A DNA stretch of 64,000 nt from Oscillospiraceae bacterium (GTDB lineage Bacteria; Bacillota; Clostridia; UMGS1840). Position numbers and translations under genes: made by a program. The notes below the pieces were generated by a model that ran no database searches, had not been told where the DNA came from, and saw nothing but the letters and a program-made list of their open reading frames with translations. How positions within the stretch are numbered: position 1 is the stretch's first letter; every line of letters starts with the position of its first letter. The stretch is taken from contig SVKD01000004.1 of assembly GCA_015068645.1 (NCBI GenBank), forward strand, positions 3,054-67,053, written 5' to 3'. This document shows, one piece after another, positions 56,357-64,000 of this stretch.

Positions 56357-56788
56357 ATGAAACAGTATCAAAGTTTTATGAAAAACACATGGCTTTCTTA
56401 TCTATTCTCCGAGTTATTTTTAGGATTTTCCATGGCAGTTGCCACATTTTATATTTTCCCATTGTCTGTGGAGATTGCAGGAGTATTAACCGCTCTTTTG
56501 GGAGTTGTGTTATCCGTTTTTTTATTATTGATGATTCCTTTGAAAATCGGGGAACGACCGCATACCTGGTTATTGATTTGCCTGACGGGAATGATGGGAT
56601 ACCGTTTTTTTCGGATGCCGTTTTCTTCGTATTTTCGAAATGGATTGTATCTTGGAATTCTTTCCGGAATTTTATTATCCGTGCAAATTCTGTATCTGTC
56701 GTTGGAAAAGAAACAGCGTGGTTATCAAAAAAAATGGGGGATTTGGTATATTTTAGGACTTGTTTTGGGAATCCTCTTAAAATCATAG
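56357..56788 (+). CDS. small four-TM membrane protein, unknown function
   Basis: ORF 56312..56788. ATG 56357 is preferred because ATG 56312 abuts, and its ORF reads straight through, the putative TATAAT at 56317-56322, and GGGAG lies 12 nt upstream of 56357. Confidence 0.5.
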   Translation: MKQYQSFMKNTWLSYLFSELFLGFSMAVATFYIFPLSVEIAGVLTALLGVVLSVFLLLMIPLKIGERPHTWLLICLTGMMGYRFFRMPFSSYFRNGLYLGILSGILLSVQILYLSLEKKQRGYQKKWGIWYILGLVLGILLKS

Positions 56789-56795
56789 GAATCGG

Positions 56796-56824
56796 TTGAC
56801 GAATGTGATAAACTGTGTTATACT
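56796..56824 (+). promoter_or_regulatory. promoter of fucU
   Basis: TTGACG, 17 nt, TGtTATACT. Confidence 0.6.
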
Positions 56825-56875
56825 GTAACTGTTAAAATATTTTACTTATAATCTTATCAAAAGGAGTATTGAAAC

Positions 56876-57298
56876 ATGTTAAAAGGAATTCCGAAAATTT
56901 TATCTCCCGAATTGTTGAAAATTTTAATGGAAATGGGTCATGGTGACGAAATTGTAATTGGTGACGGTAATTTTCCCGGTGCCAGAATCGGTGATAAACT
57001 GGTTCGTTTAGATGGTCATGATGTGCCCGAAATTTTAGAAGCAATTTTAAAACTGTTCCCTTTAGATACCTATGCTGCTCCTGTATATCTGATGGAGAAA
57101 GTACCCGGTGACACTGTGGAAACTCCTATCTGGGATACCTATAAAGAAATCGTTGGAAAATATACCGATGCTCCCATTGAGTATGTGGAACGCTTTGCAT
57201 TTTACGAAAGAGCAGAGAAATCTTATGCAGTCATTATGAGCGGAGAAAGTGCACTTTATGCCAACATTATCTTAAAAAAAGGTGTTGTAACCGAATAA
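56876..57298 (+). CDS. fucU: L-fucose mutarotase (RbsD/FucU family)
   Basis: 140 aa. MLKGIPKILSPELLKILMEMGHGDEIVIGDGNFP. Confidence 0.85.
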   Translation: MLKGIPKILSPELLKILMEMGHGDEIVIGDGNFPGARIGDKLVRLDGHDVPEILEAILKLFPLDTYAAPVYLMEKVPGDTVETPIWDTYKEIVGKYTDAPIEYVERFAFYERAEKSYAVIMSGESALYANIILKKGVVTE

Positions 57299-57304
57299 TG
57301 AAAC

Positions 57305-57343
57305 AGCAAAAATAGCCGAGAAAATCCTCTCTGCTATTTTTTT
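57305..57343 (+). terminator. terminator after fucU
   Basis: Interrupted TAGC-GAGA...TCTC-GCTA stem followed by TTTTTTT. Confidence 0.65.
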
Positions 57344-57380
57344 GCTTTAATAAAACCATCCCACGGAAGGGAGAATGTTT

Positions 57381-59354
57381 GTGAAGAAAGAACGTCTGTG
57401 GATATCGTCGCTGGTTATTTTTATGGCAACGTTAATTCTTTTGGGAAGCTTTTTTTGCAGAATCCAATATGAAAATAACAGCCGTCAGGCATTTATGTCC
57501 GTAGATATAAAAAATTTGGCGTCTCACGGGAAAGCTACCATATCGCATCTTCATCAATTAAAAGATGCAGGGGCTAATGTGGTTACTGTGGAGCCTCAGA
57601 CCATAAAAGGTCTGGAACAAGCCGGGAAGGTGGAACTGATTTCCTATTCTTCTCTTTTTGAGAAGGAAGATGCAAGATCCCAACAAATCATAACTGCTTT
57701 CGGTGACAATACCTATGAACAAGATCATTTCATGATTGTGGTGACCGATCCTCAAGTGCAGCATTATCTCAGTGAAGAACTTTCCTGTCGCTATGAGGAG
57801 TATACCAGCGTTTTGTTGGAAGATCAAACGACAATGGTATTTGTCATTCCAAAGTTTACCGGGGAAAATGATTTGGTTGTTGGGTATGATAAGCAGCAGT
57901 TGGAACTCATTTCGGAAGCTGATATGAGTTCTGCCTTGGTTTATCCGTCCTACACGTTTGAAAACCCTGCTTACACAAAGTATTTTGAGCGGTTTGTTAA
58001 GACTAATGATATTTCTTTTCTGGTTTTAAGAAACAATCCTTACGATAATGAAATCCCCCTGTCGGAAGAATTTAAAAACGTTTTCAGAAATCTGGACATA
58101 ACCTTGGTGGTCTGGGAAAATGAAAGTCAGATTGGAAACGAAACACCATTTTTATACGATGATTTCTTTTCGATTGCTAAGTATCGTACGCTGCGTGGTT
58201 TCCATATGGATAAATTGGTTGCCCACGATGAAAGCGGATATCGATACCGTTATTATCAGTGGTTTAACTCTGCTTTAGAAAGAAATACCAAATTTATCCA
58301 CGCCAATCTCCTGGAAAATCCCGATATGGATGCGGAAGCCAATTTTAAACTGACCTTACAGGCTATTTCGGATTTCAAAGCAGGACTTAGAAATTACGAT
58401 TTCCCAAAAACAGGAATCGATGTGCCTTATGTTTATCCCGTGCAGACGGCTTCTATGGCAGGCGGTCTGATGCTTTTGAGTTTGGCGTACCTGTATTTGG
58501 TGATTATTTTACGAAAAATCCCCCGTCTATTTACCGAAATTTATTTTATATTGATGGTGACAGTTGCCATTCTATCGTACGCATTTGCCGATTTTTTAGC
58601 AGGACTGTATGCCTTTGGTATTATGGTGATGGCATCTGCTGTGATTAGCGCTTTGCTGTTGTATCTGGAGAAAAACGGAAAAGGAAAGAGGAAATATCTT
58701 TGGATGATTCTTTCCTCCCTTGCAATTACCGTTTCGGGAATCGTTTCCATTAGCTCTTTGTTGGGCGGAATTGAATTCTACACGTCAACCAAGCTGTTTC
58801 ACGGCACCGTGCTCAGTATGCTCTTACCTTTTGCTTTTGCGGTATTCAACGGATATATGATTTATTTATATGATAGTTGCCCCGTTGGAAAAATTTCTTC
58901 CGTTATTGGGAATTGGTGTAAGAAGGGGAGAATTTTTATTTTTCTTCCCATTATAATTGCCGCAGTGGTAGGATTTTTATATTACTGCACCAGAATCGGC
59001 AATTACGAACAGTTAATTCCCTTAGAAGACCACTTCAGAAAATGGCTGACTGATGTTTTCTATGTTCGCCCCAGAACCAAGGAATTTTTATTTGGATATC
59101 CGTTACTGGCTTTGTTCTATTATTGTTCGGCGATAAAAACAAAAATTGAATGGAAGTTGATTTTCGGTATCGGCGCAACCGTTTTGTTTAATTCCATTTT
59201 CAACACATTCTGCCATACTTTTACCGCAGTAACAGTCAGCATTCACCGTGTATATAACGGTTTTTTATGCGGATTTTTAGTTTCTTTTATTGTGATAGTT
59301 TTTCTGTTGCTGATTCGTTATGTGATTGTAATTCTTAGAACCAAGAAGAATTAA
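57381..59354 (+). CDS. large membrane protein: N-terminal TM, about 330-aa extracytoplasmic domain, C-terminal multi-TM domain (possibly DUF5693-like)
   Basis: ORF 57375..59354. GTG 57381 (MKKERLW) is better spaced from GGGAG. The family assignment is from memory only. Confidence 0.55.
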   Translation: MKKERLWISSLVIFMATLILLGSFFCRIQYENNSRQAFMSVDIKNLASHGKATISHLHQLKDAGANVVTVEPQTIKGLEQAGKVELISYSSLFEKEDARSQQIITAFGDNTYEQDHFMIVVTDPQVQHYLSEELSCRYEEYTSVLLEDQTTMVFVIPKFTGENDLVVGYDKQQLELISEADMSSALVYPSYTFENPAYTKYFERFVKTNDISFLVLRNNPYDNEIPLSEEFKNVFRNLDITLVVWENESQIGNETPFLYDDFFSIAKYRTLRGFHMDKLVAHDESGYRYRYYQWFNSALERNTKFIHANLLENPDMDAEANFKLTLQAISDFKAGLRNYDFPKTGIDVPYVYPVQTASMAGGLMLLSLAYLYLVIILRKIPRLFTEIYFILMVTVAILSYAFADFLAGLYAFGIMVMASAVISALLLYLEKNGKGKRKYLWMILSSLAITVSGIVSISSLLGGIEFYTSTKLFHGTVLSMLLPFAFAVFNGYMIYLYDSCPVGKISSVIGNWCKKGRIFIFLPIIIAAVVGFLYYCTRIGNYEQLIPLEDHFRKWLTDVFYVRPRTKEFLFGYPLLALFYYCSAIKTKIEWKLIFGIGATVLFNSIFNTFCHTFTAVTVSIHRVYNGFLCGFLVSFIVIVFLLLIRYVIVILRTKKN

Positions 59355-59439
59355 ATGGAAAGTAAGCTGCAAAATTCCAAGTATCCCATCAAAAATCCGG
59401 TTGGGAAACAGAAAGAATCCAAGCATAGATAAGAGCTGG

Positions 59440-59513
59440 AATAAGAACCAGACCCGATGACGCAATCAAAGATTGCGGTCGGGTGCCCCGGAACCTTGTT
59501 GTATTCACAATAA
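59440..59513 (-). repeat. terminator-associated 64-nt repeat, copy 3 (core 59445-59508, inverted)
   Basis: 63 of 64 identical to copy 1 (G59T, which weakens the outer stem). TTATT on both sides. Its GTGAATAC end abuts hairpin 59516-59545. Confidence 0.9.
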
Positions 59514-59567
59514 AAACAACAAGATCGCTTGCAATCTTGTTTGTTGCTTTAAAATATAGGAAAACTA

Positions 59568-59596
59568 TGGACATTACCATGTTACTATGGTATAAT
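59568..59596 (+). promoter_or_regulatory. promoter of the GT-C-like membrane protein gene
   Basis: TGGACA, 17 nt, TGgTATAAT. Confidence 0.55.
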
Positions 59597-59644
59597 GAAT
59601 CGTGTATTTGAATGACTCCAAATTACCGGGAAAGGTGGATTGCT

Positions 59645-61633
59645 GTGAAAAAAATAATAAAGTTGGAATGGCTTGTTTGTATATGCTCATTGCCGGTACT
59701 ATATTTTTTATTCTCCAGATTAAGCACATTTTTATCGGTAGTTTTCGGTTTTTGTTGCACAGAATCTCTTCGTTGGATTGGAATTATAATATCAGAGCTT
59801 CTTGTGGTCGCTTTTCGAAATAATTTGAAAGAATATCTGTTTAAAGACATCAGTGCCAAAACAGGGAGCGTTGCTTTTTGCTTGTCATTTCTTGTTTCTT
59901 TCCTGTTGCAATCCGTTGTTTTGCGAGGATGCACGCAAGGGAGTAATATGAGTTGTCTCATTGGATCTTCTTTGCTGTTCGGTGCTTTTTTGATTCTTTT
60001 TTTCCGAAATATCAAATACTTTTTTGGTAGATTGAAAATGGTTTCTGTTTCCAAAAAAGATGTCTTTTTTGCAGGCTCTGTTTTTCTTGTTGTCAACCTG
60101 ATTGCAGTGTTATATTGCATGTTCTTAAAAAAAATTTTCACCTGGGACAATGCAGGCTATTTTACCAGTGTGCATCAGTATAATACAATGTTTCCCGGCA
60201 TTTCTTACTGGAAGGAAGTCTATAACTCTATTTTTACCACAGATTATAATTACGTGATTATGATTCCTGCCAGTCTGTTTTGTAAACTTTTCGGGGAATC
60301 CAGATTGGTCTTTGTATTATCTATCATCAACTGTTATATCTATCCTGTTTTGATGTTGATATACTTCTGTGCGAAACGGCACTTTCATGTAAGCAACTGG
60401 AAAATTATCTGTGTTTATTTATGTCTTTGGTATTTGATGTTTGCTGCCAATACGGGTTTTATCGATGTTGGTGGAATTGCGCCTGTACTGTTGGCATTGA
60501 TACTATACTATTTTGGTCGCAGAGAAAAACAAGGAATCCTTATCGGTGTGCTGCTGTCGCTTTCTGTATACTTACGAAGATGGTATTCCTTCTTTGCCTT
60601 AAGCTTTGTAATTACTGTGTTTCTTCACGGTATCACCAAGAAAAATCTGAAAGCATTTTTCGAAATCTTAGTCTCATTTACCTTTGTGTTGCTGTTTTTT
60701 ACCCAAGATTTTGTCAGCGAAAAGTTAATGGCGGATTATCGACATATTTATGCTGCTTATCAGCTCGGTATCCGCACCGATGTGATGATTTTCACTCGTT
60801 ATTACGGTGTGATGATGACCGCTTCGGTATGTCTGTATACGATTGCAAAACAAGTTTTTAACCGTAAAAAACTACATAGAGAAACATTTGTTTTATTCCA
60901 GACCATTTTGATGTTTACGTTGTTTGTGGGTGTTCAGACCCACGGACAGCAACATCTTTGCTTGTATGTTCCTGCCTTCTCGGTATTACTTTTATCTCTA
61001 ATGAAACAGGTCAACCGAAAATTTGCAACGGTAGCAGTGGCAGCCGCTTCTGCTTTTCAGACGGTGAATACTTTTATTCCACGAGTGCAGCCAACCTCCA
61101 TTTCGGAGATAAAGCAGGCAGCGATATTTCCCAATTATTCGTCCTATCCTCCCGTTGACCCAAATGTTGAAGGGATTTTAAAAGTGACTGCTTATATGGA
61201 TAAGGAAATCGGAGAGAAGGGGAAACGTGTTTGCTTTTTGGCATCTTCCCTAAAACTCAATTATGAAACATTAAAAAATGCAGAAATTTCTGTGTCGGTG
61301 CAACCACCGTCACAAATTGAAAGATCAACTTATTACTACGGTATTTCAGATGTGGATAAGCGAAACGGATTATCGGAAAGTTTGTTCTGGACAGATTATA
61401 TTTTGGTACCGTCCACCTTGCAGATTCACTTAGCGGAAGAAGAACAGCGGGTGATTGCCGTTCCGTATTACGAAATCACGGAACAGGTGGGGATCGGTAC
61501 TGCTTATGAAAAAGAAGAAATATCGTTTCCCTTGGCAGACGGCACCGAAATCTATTTATATCGAAAAATCCGTGAGGTGACTCCTGAAGAAATCGAAGCC
61601 TTACGGGAACGGATTTTTAATCCTGCTCCATAA
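59645..61633 (+). CDS. large polytopic membrane protein, GT-C/ArnT-like glycosyltransferase candidate, with a C-terminal soluble domain
   Basis: ORF 59612..61633. GTG 59645 (MKKIIKLEW) sits 6 nt after GAAAGGTGG. ATG 59612 would be almost leaderless with no RBS. Confidence 0.55.
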   Translation: MKKIIKLEWLVCICSLPVLYFLFSRLSTFLSVVFGFCCTESLRWIGIIISELLVVAFRNNLKEYLFKDISAKTGSVAFCLSFLVSFLLQSVVLRGCTQGSNMSCLIGSSLLFGAFLILFFRNIKYFFGRLKMVSVSKKDVFFAGSVFLVVNLIAVLYCMFLKKIFTWDNAGYFTSVHQYNTMFPGISYWKEVYNSIFTTDYNYVIMIPASLFCKLFGESRLVFVLSIINCYIYPVLMLIYFCAKRHFHVSNWKIICVYLCLWYLMFAANTGFIDVGGIAPVLLALILYYFGRREKQGILIGVLLSLSVYLRRWYSFFALSFVITVFLHGITKKNLKAFFEILVSFTFVLLFFTQDFVSEKLMADYRHIYAAYQLGIRTDVMIFTRYYGVMMTASVCLYTIAKQVFNRKKLHRETFVLFQTILMFTLFVGVQTHGQQHLCLYVPAFSVLLLSLMKQVNRKFATVAVAAASAFQTVNTFIPRVQPTSISEIKQAAIFPNYSSYPPVDPNVEGILKVTAYMDKEIGEKGKRVCFLASSLKLNYETLKNAEISVSVQPPSQIERSTYYYGISDVDKRNGLSESLFWTDYILVPSTLQIHLAEEEQRVIAVPYYEITEQVGIGTAYEKEEISFPLADGTEIYLYRKIREVTPEEIEALRERIFNPAP

Positions 61634-61643
61634 TATAACATAG

Positions 61644-61686
61644 AAAAAAACAGCAAGAAATCTGGTATGGTTTCTTGCTGTTTTTA
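61644..61686. terminator. bidirectional terminator (GT-C-like gene and rlmB)
   Basis: CAGCAAGAAA-10 nt-TTTCTTGCTG perfect stem, with an A-run 5' and a T-run 3'. Confidence 0.85.
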
Positions 61687-61695
61687 TTTGTTGAT

Positions 61696-62472
61696 TTATT
61701 TCATTCGCTGGTCTAATGCTTCGTATATCATAATGCCGGCACAAACGGAGGCGTTTAGTGAGTTTACCTGTCCTAAAATGGGAAGGCTTACCAAGGTATC
61801 GCATTTTTGTTTCACATGCTCACTCATACCATACCCCTCGGAGCCGATGACAATAGCCAACGGAACAGTTAAGTCGGGATCTTTGTATGACATATTGGCA
61901 GATGCATCCGTTCCTACAATCAAAACGCCCTGTTCCTTTAATTCCAAAATAGTGGAATTTAAATTGGTCACTCTGGCAATTTTCATATAGTTTACCGCAC
62001 CTGCAGATGCCTTGTAAGCACCGCTGTTTACCCCTGCGGCACGTCGTTTGGGAATAATCACACCGTCGCAACCTGCACATTCGGCACTTCTGACGATAGC
62101 ACCTAAGTTATGAGTATCTTCAATGCCGTCTAAGATAACCAAAAAAGGATTTTTGCCTTTTTCATAAGCAGACTGCAGAATTTCTTCCACGGATACATAT
62201 TTTGCCTGAGAAACCGATGCGATAACACCCTGATGGTTTTTTACTTCGCTCATTCGGTCCAGCTTTCCTTTTTCCACACGGGAAACAGGGATTTTTTTCT
62301 GGTTGGCAAGTTTCACAATCTGATATAAAATCGGGTCCTTGAAATGATTCATCACATAGATTTTATCAATTTCGGTATCTGCTTTTAAAGCTTCCAACAC
62401 CGGGTTTCTTCCCTCGATTTTATCGTCAATTCTTTCATTTTCGTTAAAATGTTTTTTATTCATTTCTGCCAT
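61696..62472 (-). CDS. rlmB: 23S rRNA (guanosine2251-2'-O)-methyltransferase
   Basis: ORF 61696..62505. Start at ATG 62472 (MAEMNKK). SpoU motifs DPHNLGAI-like DTHNLGAIVRSA and GSEGYGMS. Confidence 0.85.
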   Translation of the reverse strand: MAEMNKKHFNENERIDDKIEGRNPVLEALKADTEIDKIYVMNHFKDPILYQIVKLANQKKIPVSRVEKGKLDRMSEVKNHQGVIASVSQAKYVSVEEILQSAYEKGKNPFLVILDGIEDTHNLGAIVRSAECAGCDGVIIPKRRAAGVNSGAYKASAGAVNYMKIARVTNLNSTILELKEQGVLIVGTDASANMSYKDPDLTVPLAIVIGSEGYGMSEHVKQKCDTLVSLPILGQVNSLNASVCAGIMIYEALDQRMK

Positions 62473-62482
62473 AATCGGTTCC

Positions 62483-63619
62483 TCATTCCTGAATCGGACT
62501 ATCATAGATGGGTGCCTTTTCTAAATAGAATTTGGTGAAGGTGCCCTGTTCAATGTGATGACGGATATCTGCCATCAGTTCGTTATAGAAATATAAGTTA
62601 TGCATCACGCAAAGTCTCATTGCCAGCATTTCTTTTGCCTTGAACAAGTGTCTGATATAGGCTCTTGAGAAATTGCGGCAAGTGGGACAGTTGCAGTTTT
62701 CGTCAATGGGACGCTCATCCGTTTCATATTTTTTGTTCATCAGATGCATAATGCCGTTTTTGGTATAGATAGAAGCGTGACGTGCATTTCTTGCAGGCAT
62801 AACGCAATCGAAGAAATCCACCCCTCTTGCCACCGCATTCAAAATGTTGCCGGGGGTACCAACGCCCATTAAGTAGCGGGGTTTATCCTTGGGCATATAG
62901 GGAGTTACCGCTTCAATAATACGATACATTTCCTCGTGGGTTTCACCAACGGCAAGTCCGCCGATCGCGTAACCATCCAATCCCATTTCGGCAATCTGTT
63001 TCATATGTTCCACACGGATATCGTCATAAATACCACCTTGATTGATACCGAATAACAATTGGTTGGGATTCACGGTGTCGGGCAGGGAGTTAAGGCGTTC
63101 CATTTCCTTCTGGCAACGCTGTAGCCAACGAACGGTCATAGCGGCAGAACGTTCCACATAACTGTGAGTAGACGGATTTGCCACACATTCGTCAAACGCC
63201 ATAGCAATGGTGGAACCTAAGTTAGACTGAATCTGCATGGACTGTTCGGGTCCCATAAAAATACGGCGTCCGTCAATATGGGAAGCAAAGGTTACTCCTT
63301 CTTCCTGGATTTTACGGAGTTTTGCCAGGGAGAAAATCTGAAATCCGCCACTGTCGGTTAAGATAGGACGGTCCCAATTCATAAATTTATGTAAGCCGCC
63401 CATTTTTTTCACTACCTCATCTCCGGGACGAAGATGCAGATGATAGGTGTTGGATAATTCTACCTGACAACCGATGTCTTTTAAATCCAGAGCAGACACC
63501 GCACCTTTAATAGCCGCAGCAGTTCCCACATTCATAAACACGGGAGTCTGAATGGTTCCGTGAACAGTTTTAAATTCACCGCGCCGTGCATCATTTTCTT
63601 GTTTTAATAACTGATACAT
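62483..63619 (-). CDS. tgt: tRNA-guanine transglycosylase (queuine tRNA-ribosyltransferase)
   Basis: 378 aa. TPVFMNVGT, DSGGFQ and zinc site CNCPTC...H. Confidence 0.95.
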   Translation of the reverse strand: MYQLLKQENDARRGEFKTVHGTIQTPVFMNVGTAAAIKGAVSALDLKDIGCQVELSNTYHLHLRPGDEVVKKMGGLHKFMNWDRPILTDSGGFQIFSLAKLRKIQEEGVTFASHIDGRRIFMGPEQSMQIQSNLGSTIAMAFDECVANPSTHSYVERSAAMTVRWLQRCQKEMERLNSLPDTVNPNQLLFGINQGGIYDDIRVEHMKQIAEMGLDGYAIGGLAVGETHEEMYRIIEAVTPYMPKDKPRYLMGVGTPGNILNAVARGVDFFDCVMPARNARHASIYTKNGIMHLMNKKYETDERPIDENCNCPTCRNFSRAYIRHLFKAKEMLAMRLCVMHNLYFYNELMADIRHHIEQGTFTKFYLEKAPIYDSPIQE

Positions 63620-63631
63620 AACAAAATTCCT

Positions 63632-64000
63632 TTATACATTGAAACGGAACAAAATAATGTCGCCGTCTTTTACCACATATTCTTTTCCTTCGCTTCGTAC
63701 CCAACCTTTTTCTTTTGCAGCGGTCATAGAACCTGCTTCAATCAGCTCGTCATAGCCGATTACTTCTGCACGGATAAAGCCACGTTCAAAGTCAGAATGG
63801 ATTTTACCTGCAGCACCGGGCGCTTTGGTACCTTTTACAATGGTCCAGGCTCTGGTTTCAGGTTCTCCTGCGGTTAAGTAAGAAATTAAACCAAGGAGCG
63901 AATAACTTGCCTGAATCAGACGGTCAAGCCCTGACTGTTCTAAGCCTAATTCTTCTAAGAACATTGCTTTTTCTTCGTCATCCAATTCAGAAATTTCTGC
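63632..64000 (-). CDS. ychF: redox-regulated ATPase YchF, C-terminal part (N-terminus beyond the window)
   Basis: TGS/YchF C-terminal domain ...[17 protein letters not shown]...[19 protein letters not shown]. The frame stays open to the window end. Confidence 0.85.
   Translation of the reverse strand, partial: AEISELDDEEKAMFLEELGLEQSGLDRLIQASYSLLGLISYLTAGEPETRAWTIVKGTKAPGAAGKIHSDFERGFIRAEVIGYDELIEAGSMTAAKEKGWVRSEGKEYVVKDGDIILFRFNV

Overview
AT-rich Firmicutes (Clostridia-like) chromosomal segment from a spore former (gpr, spoIIP) with an SLH-anchored surface protein. Most of it is housekeeping. Plus strand: galK-galT, ruvC-ruvA-ruvB, recJ-relA, alaS, secDF. Minus strand: mreB-mreC-mreD-mrdA-rsuA-queA, argG-argH, uvrC, coaD-rsmD, rlmB-tgt-ychF. 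There are two tRNAs, Ser-GGA and Arg-CCT. Four things stand out. (1) A 64-nt structured element bracketed by TTATT occurs three times nearly identically, each time lodged in the T-tail of a different intrinsic terminator. Two inverted copies flank a 3.2-kb fucU/membrane-protein module. (2) A compact five-gene phage-packaging-only operon (Zn-ribbon, TerL, unknown, TerS-like, RinA/sigma-like) has no integrase, replication, capsid or lysis genes. It is driven by a consensus sigma-A promoter directly overlapped by a near-perfect LexA (Cheo) box. (3) An L-fucose salvage and glycosylation island at 51.3-61.6 kb combines a GT-B glycosyltransferase, an O-acetyltransferase, a roughly 1000-aa Fkp-type fucokinase/GDP-fucose pyrophosphorylase, FucU and large polytopic membrane proteins. 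(4) A 100-bp tandem duplication with hairpins occupies an unusually long ruvA-ruvB spacer. All calls come from reading the ORF translations and the DNA by eye. No database search was run, and family names are from memory of conserved motifs.
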